Source of the DNA: the human T2T-CHM13v2.0 reference genome, Homo sapiens
Length of the DNA stretch: 64,000 nt
Assembly (NCBI RefSeq): GCF_009914755.1
Contig: NC_060933.1
Reading direction: 5' to 3' (one strand)
Shown piece by piece: positions 12,469 through 29,360 of the stretch. A program made the position numbers and the translations under genes. Below the pieces are notes generated by a model. The model made no database searches. It had not been told where the DNA came from and saw nothing but the letters and a program-made list of their open reading frames with translations. Within the stretch, counting starts at the first letter, position 1. The number at the start of each line of letters is the position of its first letter.

Positions 12469-12685
12469 CAGGGTTTTTCAACCTTGATACTGTTGACATT
12501 TGGGGTCAGATCATTTTATCTTGTGGGGGGCTTTTCTGTGCATTGTAGGATGTTTAGCAGAATCCTTACTCACTAGATGTCAGTAGCAGTCCCACCCTAC
12601 CCCTGTCATGACAATAGAAAATGTCTCTAGACTGTGCCAGATGTCACATAGGAGGCAAAATTGCTCCTGGTTGAGAACCACTGCT
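12469..12685. mobile_element. MER20 hAT MITE
   Basis: cagggtttttcaacctt...ggttgagaaccactg termini. Confidence 0.8.
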
Positions 12686-13933
12686 GTACAGAGAGCTAGT
12701 GGAATCCTCTTTACCATCTGCATCTTTCCTCTTATTTCCCCTCTTACAAAGTGGAGTAGCAAATGTTATCAAGTATCAAAAATGATATTTCACTTCAAAG
12801 TCTTTTTAATTCTGAGTCTATTAGAATACTCAAGATAAACTTCACTGTGAATTTTTCCCAGTAGATGGTAAGTCTTGCCAGGATTCCATTATAAACTTAA
12901 TCTCAGTTACTGCATCTCACCTACTCATCCCTTATCAAGAGTCTTGAATTTACTCAGGTCTTATGAAAATGCCTGAAAATATTTGAAGACTATTCTCCTT
13001 TGACCTCTCTTACAAACAAGTTACTGCTCATAACCTAAGACACAGTCCCTAAGGCAAGCATTGACTATCTTGCAGAAGTGTTAAGACTGGTTCTCCTGGA
13101 AACATATGAATACAAGGATATATATTTTGATAAGTAGACTCAGGTTTGGTCTTATTTTGTGTGTAAAACTCTAAGCCTGGTGATTTCAGTGGACAAATGT
13201 ATTCAAAACAAACATACTTGGAATGTGTTTCTTGACCTTAGGAGGTTAGCTTATGTGAAGAGTCTGCCGTCATGTATAAACTAAGCAAATGAGCCATGGG
13301 GAAATTTTAGGTGATTACTGAGGACACAGAAAAGAAGGTTAGGAATTTTCAAAATCTGTAGTATGATGCCAATCATCCAAGAATTCCAGAGGATACTAAT
13401 GCTTCTGGGGGGAAAATATAATGCTTCTGGAAGCTGAGAGGTGTTTAAAGAAGAAAGTATTGTCTTCCCGTCATTCATTGCACTTGAATAATTCTTACAG
13501 CCTTTTTTCCCATTTGAGAATGGTCAATGAGTTGAAAGGTCAAGGCAGAACCTGTGGCTTATCCAAGTTCTATAATATGTCAAATAACTGTGAAGGATCT
13601 GAGTCCCCACTTACAAGCTATCAGTTTCAAACTGTAAACACAAGACTCCTACATGAGAAACAAAGGTCTTTGTTACTCACAGCAGTATCAGTGGCTGCCG
13701 TGTCAGCATTTTCTTGCACCAGTTACCCAAGCCCTAATTTCCACAAGGTGATACAAAGAGAGCTAGGTGACACCTGTACACACAGTGGTTTGCATGATAA
13801 GAGAGGAAATCCAAACATGGGGAACCCAAATCTTTTATAATGGGCAGTAAGCATGACTTCCCTTTGCTTTGTAGGAAGATACTTTATCTTCTAAGACTGT
13901 TCACTATAGAAATACCCTTGGAAAAATAGTCCA

Positions 13934-14232
<299 letters not shown>

Positions 14233-14256
14233 GACAATTGTCCAGAAGAAACACAA

Positions 14257-15350
<1,094 letters not shown>

Positions 15351-16125
15351 TAGCCAGGCAGTGCCTCTATTCACCAGATGTGCAGAATCATGGAAGACCT
15401 ATAGAGAATTGTCTCTCAACATCCACCCCTTGTTTCTGTACTTTCTTGACTTCTGGCAAACTTTCCCATGAGTATGCCACACTGTTAAGTCACTCTGATG
15501 AATCTTCACCAGAGGCTGAGACCAAATCTATTCAATTTGTTTCATACAGCATTAATAAGGCTATTGTCAACAAGACTACTGGTAGCAAGATAAGGCCAAC
15601 CTGCAATATTAATAACCATGTTTTCCAGGGTTCTAGGCACAATCGGCTGAACAAATCTTATAAAGCTTTAGGGTCTACTTCGGCTGCCTCCTTGGCATTG
15701 TTTATGAATTGATTTTTTCCACTTGGCCCAAGGAATATATCCAAGTACAGCAAGATGTATTAGCATTTACACATATTTCATCATGGCCTGCAAGAAGGAA
15801 ATCTAGGGCAGTTATATCAATCAACAACCCTAAGCAGTGAAGTGAGGTGGATTTGAATCCCTTCCAGAGCCAATATGATATCACTGATCATTTCAGCTAA
15901 AGTTAGGAAAAATTTTGTTTCATTCTTTTAATTGGCGGGCTCACATTGTAGGAATAACTGGCGCAGGTGCATATATACATGACAAGTCAGCTATCCCTCT
16001 GAGAAAATCCTCTGAGTAATCTAGAGTAGCCTCATTTGCATAGTTCTCCCAGTTATCTACTGATGGTGTTTCCTTAAACACTTGAAGATTTCTTATGACC
16101 ACCCCTACAGTGTAAGTCACTGTAA

Positions 16126-16433
<308 letters not shown>

Positions 16434-16491
16434 TGTAAGGTGTTTTTAAGATAAGGCAAGTTACTGGCTGACTTCTACATAAGAAATTCAT

Positions 16492-16758
<267 letters not shown>

Positions 16759-17210
16759 ATCCTGGGAGTATATGTGGTGCACCTGGAAAGAAAACATTGT
16801 TTATAATTATTGGAGCCCCCAACATATGATTCGCATTAGGGCCTCCCAGATGGTTGTTAGGCCTTAGGATTCCCAGTGCAGTTTGAATAACTGAGCCTAG
16901 TTTTTATTTATGGAGGGACTGCCCGAGGGCCTTCAGTCCATACCATTCTATTTGTCCTTGCCACCAGCCAGGTGGTATTCATCTACTCTATAGAATGACT
17001 AGCAAAATTTACAGGAGCAGGAGTGGGAAAGATACCCAGAGGTGCTGACAGATGTTTTGCATGAGAGATGCAGGAGCTGGGCCATTTTCTGCTCTTTTCA
17101 GTAGTTTTCTTATTAAGGTGAAGGAGTATGGCAATCAACTGCAGTCAGAGCTGTCTGGCAGGATGTGGCAGACGCAGTAGTCCGTCATATTCGAAGTGTT
17201 TGCTAGTTCA

Positions 17211-17754
<544 letters not shown>

Positions 17755-18111
17755 TCAAATAATTTCCTTCTCACACACAGATCTTGTATCCAGAAAGGCA
17801 AGGTGTAACAACAACAACAAAAGGATATTTTTCTAAAACATATAGAGACCCATTGTGTCCCCCATTTTGGTCCACATGGGCTACTATAGGGAGCAATGTT
17901 CCCAACCACGTGGTCATTATCCTTATGACCTGGGACCTTGTTAAACAAGAGCTAAGTAGCTGAACCAGAATTAAATCCCTTAGGCCCCCTTTTGGCTGGC
18001 CGCCTCCCAGAGGATGTACCAACTGGGTCGGCCTGTGATTGCCATTAGGGTAAAGAGAGAAGCTTCATGCCCAGGAATTCCCAGGGTGGAATTCTGAATT
18101 TTCAAGGCAGA

Positions 18112-18429
18112 TTTATTTATTTTTTATTTTATTTTTTATTTTTTTTTTGAGATGGAATCTCGCTCTGTCGCCCAGGCTGGAGTGCAGTGGTGAAATCTCG
18201 GCTCACTGCAAGCTCTGCCTCCCGGGGTTCACGCCATTCTCCTGCCTCAGCCTCCTGAGTAGCTGGGACTACAGGCACCTGCCGCTACGCCCGGCTAATT
18301 TTTTGTATTTTTAATAGAGACGGGGTTTCACCATGTGAGCCAGGATGGTCTCGATCTCCTGACCTCGTGATCCGCCCGCCTCTGCCTCCCAAAGTGCTGG
18401 GATTACAGGCGTGAGCCACTGCGCCCAGC
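18112..18429 (-). repeat. AluY-like
   Basis: AluY diagnostics; flanked by aaggcagattta direct repeats. Confidence 0.93.
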
Positions 18430-21400
18430 AAGGCAGATTTATAAGCAACACATGCCCCACCCAATCCCATCCCTTTCGTCCTGATCATTATCTAGGAAGT
18501 GGCCAAGAAAAGATGATCCCTTTATGGGGACAGCCCCATTCAGTGACCAAAATACCTAGTACCAAAATGTGTGGACTAAGAAGAAATGTGAGAGATAGAG
18601 TGACATCTTTTTGAGTTAATTTTTGAGGTAATTGTTCCAATGCTCACCAATACCAAATGTCTGTGCATAGTGGGAGCATGGAAGGTCCATTAAGTATCTT
18701 GATTGTTAGCCCACTGAGTGGCTTTTGCCATAAAAGGCACAGCAGCACTAGATTGCAAATGGTCCAGAAACTCAAAGGCATGATGCAAATTAGTTTCAAG
18801 GACCACAACAGTGTGGCTAAAGTCAGCTGATTGGACTGAACCAGTTACATAATAACATGAAAAAGTGTCAACAACAGTTAGGCACCACCAATATCCATGA
18901 GAGGGGGTCAAAAGTCCAGTGAAATTAATATGTCAGGAGCATGGTCTCATTCACTGTGAGACAAATGTGTCAACTTTTGTCAGGAGTCACAGGTTTGGCA
19001 TGCAATGGTAGCCTTTGCATCAGGTATATAGATTACTCTGCCCTGTCTATGATGATGAGTGTGTACCATGTCTAGTACAATGATGCACAGAGGCAACAAT
19101 GGTGTCAGGGCAGTCCACGCTTGATCAGTGCTTGACTCCAATCAGCCTCATCAGAGACTGGGCTTTTACCATGGACATCTACTTGAGGCACCCACATAGT
19201 TGAGTCAGCAGCTGTGATTTGTTTCCACAGTTCATGGCCCCAAAGAGGAGTGTTTTCAGTCTGCTAGTTTGTAGTTTCCAAGTGCAGACCAAAGAGCCAG
19301 GCCAGTGCAACAGCCCAAGAGTTAGTATTAATATAACAAGGTTCATCAAGAGGACTATGGTCACAGATAAGAAACTGGCCTTGAATTCTGCCTACTAATA
19401 CAGTAACCACATCCATTTTTGGTTCTACATAGTCAACACTAGGGCTGAACAGCTACAACAGCTCAGACAACTCCCATCAGGTTTCAGTTTGGCCAAACCA
19501 TGTGTGAATTAGGCACAGGCATTTAGGATGATGAATTGTGAATTGAAGGCATCACTGAGCTGGTGGCTTTCATTCAGACAGAAAAGTCAGGAGGAAAGGG
19601 GAAAGATAAGGTTTCTCCCTGAGAGATAGGTGCCACTTTCTCCTATAAAGCCAAGATGCTTCTAGGGCCAGAACAGTGGCATTCTTGAATATATTGTTTC
19701 CATTTGACAAACAAGGCTTGTTGAGCCCTTCCCACCTTGTTAGTCATTCTGTTCAAGTTGATGCTCCCCAAAATGGGAATATCAGGCTAGAAGTCAAAAG
19801 GCCTTTATCAGTCAGGCATTGTGTTTCAACAAGAGCCCAGCAGCAAACTACCAGGTGCTTTTCAAAATGGATATATATGGTTGCCATGTCAGGGAGGCTA
19901 TGAGTCCCAAACCCCAAGGGCACCTCCAGATAGAAGCTGCCCCCCTTTGTCAGAGGCTTCAATCAGCAAAATCATCAGTCACATAAACTTGTAACTTAGA
20001 GGGGTCGTTAGGACTATGGTGCCTCAGGCACTAGCACTTTTCTACCTGCAGCTTTTCCCAATCAGGAGACTCTCCTATAGCACTTACAGGATGAGGGACC
20101 ACAAGTATAAAACACATCAATTCCTATTATATGTTCATATGTAAAAGCAATACACAATACACTGATTGAACCACGGGTCCCACCGACCTATTAGCTCTCC
20201 TTCACCAGGTGAACTCTGCCCAGATTCCATTAGCTGAATCCACATGCTAGTGCCTCCCATGGAAATGGGTAGAATAGTGACTCAGATGCCTATATCCAGC
20301 AAAACCATAAGAATTGGAGTTCCTCCCCTCCCCAAAGTTCCCCAGCACACTTGACAGGTGCATAGATCTTCAGTACCCCTTGGTGACCAGGAAACTCCTA
20401 ATCATCTATTCCTTAAATCAGGCTGGGGTAGTGGGGGAGGGACGGATTGAGAGGCACAGGAGAGAGTGACTATGCACAGTAAGCAAGGTGCATTTTAAGC
20501 TATGCAGTGGCTGACCACAGCTTAACCAAACAAACTTCCAATGTTTTCCATCCACTGAAAGCCATATATAAGGTTGCAAAGTCTTAATTTGCTCATAGTG
20601 TTTCAGCCTTGGGAACTGTGGCAGCCAGAACCACATTTTCCAAGTATGTCTGGGGTTTGTGCCCTTAGGGCTTGGCTCACAAAATGTGACCTTTTTGAGG
20701 AGTCCACCTTAATCTGGGATATCTGCTGCCCCATTATCAAAATAACATCTCTTAAATTCAACATAAGTGATAGGTGGAGTCTTCCATGACGGCAGGGCTA
20801 ATTACAAGAAGTTATCTAGATTTCTTTGGGTTTCTCATTCTTCAGTTGGTTACCTCATCAACATTGTAATCTCAGTCTGAGGCAGTTTGTTAGAGCCTTA
20901 ATAGTAATCTGAATGCCTCATTTATCATTTCCCACAGGAGTTATGTGTCTCAGGAAAATCTCTCTCAGAGGACCAAAGCTTTTTGTAGCAGTCCATGTGC
21001 ACTGCAAAAAATTCCAAGACTTTTTACTGTCATCTCCAGATGGATCTAAGATTAGCATGATAGACTAAAGGAAGACCTGAGCTGTAAAATAGCCTAGCTG
21101 TTGCCTTTCTTATCAAACATTACACACCTACACCCTCATCTCCCAAGTAAACCAGTCAAAGTTCTAAAAATTTACTTGGTTTCTGCCCATAGCAGTTGCA
21201 TATTTCCCTTTTATGTTCAATGTAAGTGCATACTCTTCATTGTTTGAAAGAAGGCAAAATTTAGCTGTAGTTACAATGGAGTAACTTGCAGATTGACAAA
21301 GAAGTTCTCTCACCCAGAGAAGAGTCAGCAACAACCAGGCCACCATTTGGGTAGCTGTCATTAAACCTATTTCCCAGTAGTTGGCCTGCGACCACCTTTC

Positions 21401-21628
21401 CAATTCTTCCTCATTAACAGGCAGTAAAATGGAGAACAATGTGTAGCCTGATTGAGAATACAATTTAATCAATAGGTTCCTTTGGACTTCCTGATGATTC
21501 CCTAAAATCCCATTAATGAGGCCACAAGACCCCTATCTTTCCTCTTCCAAAAAGCCACGTCTCTGACAGCATCCCATCCTGGGTATCAAAACTTTCAAGA
21601 ACTGTGAAGCATCTGAGGTTTTACTCTA

Positions 21629-21961
<333 letters not shown>

Positions 21962-22249
21962 TTAGTCTGCCACAATTTTATGGATGTGGATAGAAGACAT
22001 AAGACTCCTGAAACAAAGGACCTTATTACTGACAGCAATACGGTAGGCAAAATATCAGTATTTTAGTGTGCCAGTTCCCCAAGGCCTAGCTGCCAGAGTT
22101 GTGGCAACTCAAAGAGGGCCAAATGTCATCAGTACATGTAGTAGACTGCATTACAAGAGAGGAACTCTGAGCTTAGGGAACCCAAATCTTTTATAATAGG
22201 CAGTAAACCTTCCTGCCCTTTGCTCTCACAGGGAACACTATCTTGTGAG

Positions 22250-22530
22250 ACTGTAACTATTTTGAGCTTTGCATACTATACAGTCTCTGTTGCAATTACT
22301 CAGCTGTTGTAAGCACTAAAGCAGCCATAGACAATATGTAAATGAATCAGTGTAGCAATCAATGTTACAATAAAACTTCACTTGTGGATACTGAAATTGG
22401 GATTTCTTCTGCTTTTCATATGTTATGAAATATTTTTCTTTTTTTTTCAACCATAAAAAAATGTAAAAACTATTATTACTCACAGGCTGTAGGCAAACAG
22501 GCAGCAGATCTGATTTGGCCCATGCTACTC
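22250..22530. mobile_element. MER58B-like fragment
   Basis: cagtctctgttgcaattactcagct...gcagccatagacaatatgtaaatg...gatttggccc. Confidence 0.6.
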
Positions 22531-22709
22531 TATAGAATAAGATCCTCAAACTAGCATAATTCCAGTTAAGAAATGGCAACACTTTAATTAATTTATTATT
22601 TATAAGTACATTCCCCACATTGGGAGAATTTAGAGTTACAGAAAAAAGAAAAATCACTTAATTACTAAGGTTTACAAAAATGCTAATTGTAAGAACTCCC
22701 TAATAGTCT

Positions 22710-23016
22710 TTTCTTTTCTTTTTTTTTTTTTTGAGATGGAGTCTCGGTCTGTTACCCAGGCTGCAGTGCAGTGGTGTGATCTTGGCTCACTGCAACCACC
22801 TCTGCCTCCTGGGTTCAGGCAGTTCTCCTACCTTAGCCCCCTGAGTAGCTGGGACTCAGGCAAGCACCACCATGCCCAGCTAATTTTTATATTTTTTGTA
22901 GAGATGGGGTTTCACCATGTTGGCCAGGCTGGTCTCGAACTCCTGACCTCAGGTGATCCACCTGCTTTGGCTTCCCAAAGTGCTGAGTTTACAGGCATGA
23001 ACCACTGCGCCTGGCC
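22710..23016 (-). repeat. Alu
   Basis: Antisense dimer flanked by cctaatagtctt repeats. Confidence 0.93.
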
Positions 23017-23169
23017 TCCTAATAGTCTTCAATTAAGTTTAGGGTGAAATGCTCAACTGTTTATAAGACAAACTCTGAAGTTTCATGAAAGATTAAGCAC
23101 TCTGTTTCAATTGTGTATAATCAAGGTGCAATCCCTGAAGAGTATGACTGTATTGATATACATATTGAC

Positions 23170-23580
23170 TATCTTAGTCTGTTTTGTGTTGCTATAACAG
23201 AATAGCTAGGCCTGGGTCATGTTTAAAGAACAGAGGTTTATTTCACTCATAGTTCTGCAGACTGGGAAGTTCAAGGGAATGGCACTGGCTTCTGGTGAGG
23301 GTTTTCTGGTTATGTCATAACATGGCAGAAAGTCACAGGGGGCAGTGGACATGTACAAAGGGGGGCCAAACAGGAGGAACCTCACCTTGTAACAACCCAC
23401 TTTTGAGAGAACTAATCCACTCCTTAACAGTAAGAACTCACTTGGCATTAATCTATTCATGAGAAATCTGCCACCCATAACCCAGACACCTCTCACTAGA
23501 CCCCCACCTCCCAACACTGCCACATCGGGAATCAAATTTCAACATGACTTTTGGTGGGGACAAACCACATCCAAACCATC
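23170..23580 (-). mobile_element. MST/MLT1A-type MaLR solo LTR
   Basis: tcttagtctgttttgtgttgctataacagaata...acatccaaaccat. Confidence 0.8.
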
Positions 23581-23746
23581 ATTGGAAGATGGTGTCATAG
23601 CTTGAGTGGGGTAAGCAAGAAGTTTATGTATGGGATTGGTAACCTAAATGTGGAAAGCAAAACTTAGTAACTTTTAGAAGCTAGCAAAGGATTTCTTTAA
23701 AAAGATGCAAAAAGCACAAATCATAACAAAAACACTTAAATAACTA

Positions 23747-24298
<552 letters not shown>

Positions 24299-25450
24299 AA
24301 CTTCTGTACATCAAAAACTTTATAAACAAAATGAAAAGACAAGCCATATGCTGCAAAGTGTATGTGGGAAACACATAAACAACAATTAGTATCCAGAATA
24401 TATCAAGAATACCTGCATATAAATAAGAAAAAAATACCTAAAAGAAAAATGAGCATTTCACTCAAATGTAAACGCCTAAGAAATGCTCAATCTCATTAGT
24501 TTATATGGAAAAATACAAATTTAAACAAGGTATTATTTCATACCCATTATACTTATAGGCAAAAACAAATCTGACAATAGTAAGTGTTGTTAAGGCTGTA
24601 AAGAAAAGGGAAGTTTCACATACTGCTACTGGGAGTGTAAATTGGTATAGCCACTTTGGAAAATAATACTGACATTATCCAGTAAAGTTGATGATACTCA
24701 CATCCAACAATCCAGCAATTCTACTTCTAAGTATAGGTCTTAGAAAACTCCCTTATAGTATCACAAGAGACATGTACAAGAATATTTATTGCAACACTGT
24801 TTGTAATAATTAAAGTGGGAAATAACATATTTATGTATCATATTCATATAGCAGAATATGATACAGCAAGCAAAATCAGCAAACCAGAGATATAGGTATC
24901 AATTTAGCAAAATCTAAAAAACATTCAGCAGAAACAAATGCAAGTCGTATATCACTACATATAGTATATCATTTATATCAAGTTTTAAAATATGCAAAAC
25001 AATATATTATGGTATAAAAACATGCATAGGAATAAAAACAAATAAATGAAGATAGTAACCACCTTTGAGAGAAAGGGAATGGAATTGGGGAAGAATACAT
25101 GGAAAGATGTGCCTCAATTGTATCCGTATTACTTTATTCCTTAAGCTCAGTGAGACATACATGTTTTATTTCTTCCCTACCTCTGAAATGCCTCATTGAT
25201 TTAGACAGATTCTTTTTAAACTTTCAAAGTGAAGTAGTATCCTTCTCCTTTCTCTTCCTAATTCAGTCCTAAAGTCAACAGGTGGGTTCAAGAGTGCAAG
25301 AGAAGAAGGTAGGGGGGCATGGTGGCAGGCACTATAGCCAGAGCTGAGTGTCAGAGACTGAGCAGGGTGAGAAGGGCATTCCCACAGTGGAGTGGGGAGG
25401 CAGCACCGATAGGAGATGGGTTACAAATGAGGACATTCATGAAATAAATA

Positions 25451-26087
25451 CAATTGATCCTCATTGTTTGTGGATTCCATATTTGAGAATTTGCCTACTT
25501 GGTAAAATGTATTTGTAACCTCAAAATCAATACTTGTGATGCTTTCATGACCATTCATGGACATGCACATAGCAACAAAAAACTTAAGTTGCTGGATATA
25601 CACATTCCCAGCTGAGGCCTTCTTGTTTCATTTCAGCTCTCATACTGTAAACAAGTATCTTTTCCACAGTTTATTTACTGCCAAATTTTTTAAAAAGGCA
25701 TTTTTTGCTTTTTGTGGTGATTTCACTGTTTAAAATGGCCCCAAGCATAGGGCTGAAGTGCAGACTAGCGTTCTTAAGCACAAGAAGGCTGTGATGTGCC
25801 TTATGGAGACAACACATATTAGATAAGCTTTGTTAGGCATGAGTTATAGTGCTGTGGCCATGAGTTTAATTTTAATGAATGAACAATATATATTAAGTAA
25901 GGGTCCTTAAATAGAAACACACATAAAAGAAGGTTACGTATTGATCAGTGGATAGAAATGCTGTGACCAGAGACTTGGAGGAACCAAACTCTGTGCTTCT
26001 TCTCTGACCAGTTGTTCAGTATTTAGTAATTCGGTGTTCCCGGGGACTTTATAGAGTGTAACTACTGTGAGTAATAAGACTCAATTG
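25451..26087. mobile_element. TcMar-Tigger-type non-autonomous element
   Basis: TA|caattgatcctcatt...taataagactcaattg|TA terminal inverted repeats; subfamily not assigned. Confidence 0.75.
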
Positions 26088-26439
26088 TAAGGATATTAAG
26101 GATAATGGGAGCCAGGTCTCTTACTGTCTGAGAAGGGAATTACAAATATGGTAAGCGAGAAAACTAGAATGAAATTACAATACTGGATTAGAATCAGTTG
26201 AACTCATGGTTTTCAGTATAGATATAATTATAGATGGAAATGTATCTATGAATGTATGTATTCTTTTTCTTAAAATAATTTCAACTTTTATTTTAGATTC
26301 AGGGGTACACGTGCAGGTTTGTTACATGGGTATATTACATGATGCTACAGAAGGATTCTTGTATTGACTGAACCTAGCAGGGCCTGGCAACCTCCAACAT
26401 AGTTCTCACTTTAAAATCTGGTGGAGAAAAAAGCAACTA

Positions 26440-27309
26440 CCGGGAGGGAGGTGGGGGGGTCAGCCCCCCGCCCGGCCAGCCGCCCCGTCCGGGAGGTGAG
26501 GGGCGCCTCTGCCCGGCCGCCTCTACTGGGAGGTGAGGAGCCCCTCTGCCCGGCCACCACCCCGTCTGGGAGGTGTACCCAACAGCTCATTGAGAACGGG
26601 CCATGATGACAATGGCGGTTTTGTGGAATAGAAAAGGGGGAAAGGTGGGGAAAAGATTGAGAAATCGGATGGTTGCCGTGTCTGTGTAGAAGGAGGTAGA
26701 CACGGGAGACTTTTCATTTTGTTCTGTACTAAGAAAAATTCCTCTGCCTTGGGATCCTGTTGATCTGTGACCTTACCCCCAACCCTGTGCTCTCTGAAAC
26801 ATGTGCTGTGTCCACTCAGGGTTAAATGGATTAAGGGCGGTGCAAGATATGCTTTGTTAAACAGATGCTTGAAGGCAGCATGCTCGTTAAGAGTCATCAC
26901 CACTCCCTAATCTCAAGTACCCAGGGACACAAACACTGCGGAAGGCCGCAGGGTCCTCTGCCTAGGAAAACCAGAGACCTCTGTTCACTTGTTTATCTGC
27001 TGACCTTCCCTCCACTATTGTCCTATGACCCTGCCAAATCCCCCTCTGCGAGAAACACCCAAGAATGATCAATTAAAAAAAAAAAAAAAATTTAAAAAAA
27101 AAAAAGCTAAAAACAAAACAAAACAAAAAAAAACCACTTTGCAACACAGCTTTCTGTTTGCTTAGCAATTACTACAGAGCACACTGCTTTTCATGAAAGG
27201 AATTGGTCAGAACTGTTTATAAGAATTACCACAAATGTTTATATATTTATATTATAAAGAATTAGTTGACAATTTCATAAAATTTCTCTTCAACAATTTA
27301 AAAAAAAAA
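26440..27309 (+). mobile_element. 5'-truncated SVA (young D/E/F-like) with 3' transduction
   Basis: VNTR remnant 26440-~26575; SINE-R to ~27072; A-tail; unique ~200 bp; second A-tail; TSD AGAAAAAAGCAACTA at 26425-26439 and 27310-27324. Confidence 0.95.
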
Positions 27310-27764
27310 AGAAAAAAGCAACTAAAATTTTTCAGCACAAATATTGTTTTTTCAACCTCAAAAGAGGCTGTTTCCCCTATGAAACTGTGAATTTAAAAAA
27401 ATCAGTACAAAAATACATCTAAGTGAACAGTGTAATTAGAATGTTATTCTAAATATAGGCTGAATTTGATAATTAAATGAAAACTTTACAGGCAGGCTGG
27501 ACTGGGCTTAGACCTATTTTTGTAGGAGTTTAGACTCTGTAAAATATCTTACACAACAACTAGCCATTTTTTTTTTAGAAGGCTGTATCTTAAAATTCAC
27601 TGCTAAGCAAGCCAGTACAATGCAAGGGAGGAAGGGAGAGAGGAAAGAAGAGGAAAAAGGAAGAGAAAGAGGAGGAGGAGCAGGAGGGAGAGTATGCTTT
27701 CAAAAGGAGTAGCTTTTCTGCAAAGTAGAAGCCAAATCTCTTAGGTTCAGTGTACTAAACACAC

Positions 27765-28385
27765 ACGTTCAGCCATTGTGAAAAGCAATTTGGCGATTTC
27801 TCAAGGAACTCAAAGCAGAATTACCTCTCAACCCAGCGATTCCATTATTGGGCATATACCCAAAGGAAAATAAATCATTCTACCATAAAGACACATGCAT
27901 GTGTATGTTCATCACAGCATCACAGCACTATTCACAACAACAAAGACATGGAATCAACCAAAATGCCCATCAACGGTGGACTGGATAAAGAAAATGTTGT
28001 ACACAAACACCATGGAATACTGTGCAGCCAAAAAAAGAACAAGATCACATCATTTATAGCTACATAGATGGAGCCAGAGGCCAGTATCCTAGTGAACTAA
28101 CACGGGAACAGAAAAGCAAATACCACATGTTCTCACTTACAAGTGAGAGCTAAACTTTTGAGTACATATGGACACAAAGAATGGAATAACAGACACCAAT
28201 GCCTACTTGAAGGTGGAGGGAGGGAGAAGGGTGAAGATCAAACAACTACCTATCAGTTACTATGCTTATTACCCGGGTGGAGAAATAATCTGTACACTAA
28301 ACCCCCGTGATATGCAATTTACATATATAACAAACCTGTACATGTACCCCTGACCCTAAAATAAAAGTTAAAAAAAAGAATAAAA
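27765..28385 (+). mobile_element. L1 (older L1PA/L1PB) 3' end
   Basis: gttcagccattgtgaaaagc...aacctgtacatgtacccctgaccctaaaataaaag. Confidence 0.85.
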
Positions 28386-28421
28386 GAAATAGATCACAAG
28401 GCACAAAAGTAAAAGTGGGTG

Positions 28422-28620
28422 AGGCTGGGTGAAGTGGCTTACATCTGTAATCCCAGTACTTCAGGAGGCCAAGGCGGGATTACTTGAGCCCGGGAGTTTG
28501 AGACCAGCCTGATCAACAAAACAAGACCGCCACCTCTACAAAAAAGAAGAAGAAACAAGGAGGAGAAAAAGGAGAAAGAGGAGGAGAAGGGGAAGAAAAA
28601 GGAAGAGGAGGAAGAAAACA
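28422..28620 (+). repeat. Alu monomer (FLAM-like) followed by GA-rich low-complexity sequence
   Basis: Left-monomer motifs followed by a purine-rich tract. Confidence 0.75.
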
Positions 28621-29050
28621 TAGCCTTTATTGAAATGCAGAAGTTATTTTTGTCTTGTTTGGTGTTGGACCATTAAATCTATTTTACCACTTCATACTTC
28701 AACACTGCCTCTATCCCAACATGCTCCAAAAGATAAGTGCAAATCTTTATGAATTATATGACCAGTATTGTAAGTCTAAGTCTTAGAATGAAGAGACTGA
28801 GGCAAAGGACAACTAAATTGCTATCATCGGGTAAATGGTCAACACAGCCAAAACATAGTCTGGGTTTTCTGGATTTCCATCCCATTTTCCTTCATTAGAC
28901 ATTAACTCACTAAAGGCCACTGCATCTCACAAGCATGTAGTATCTACATCTCACTTTAGAAGGGCTATTATAAAGTTTTCCATTTGATGGAAAAGCTGGA
29001 TAAATAATACTTCTGTATCCCTGATTAATACAAGAGCAATAAAACTGTAA

Positions 29051-29360
<310 letters not shown>

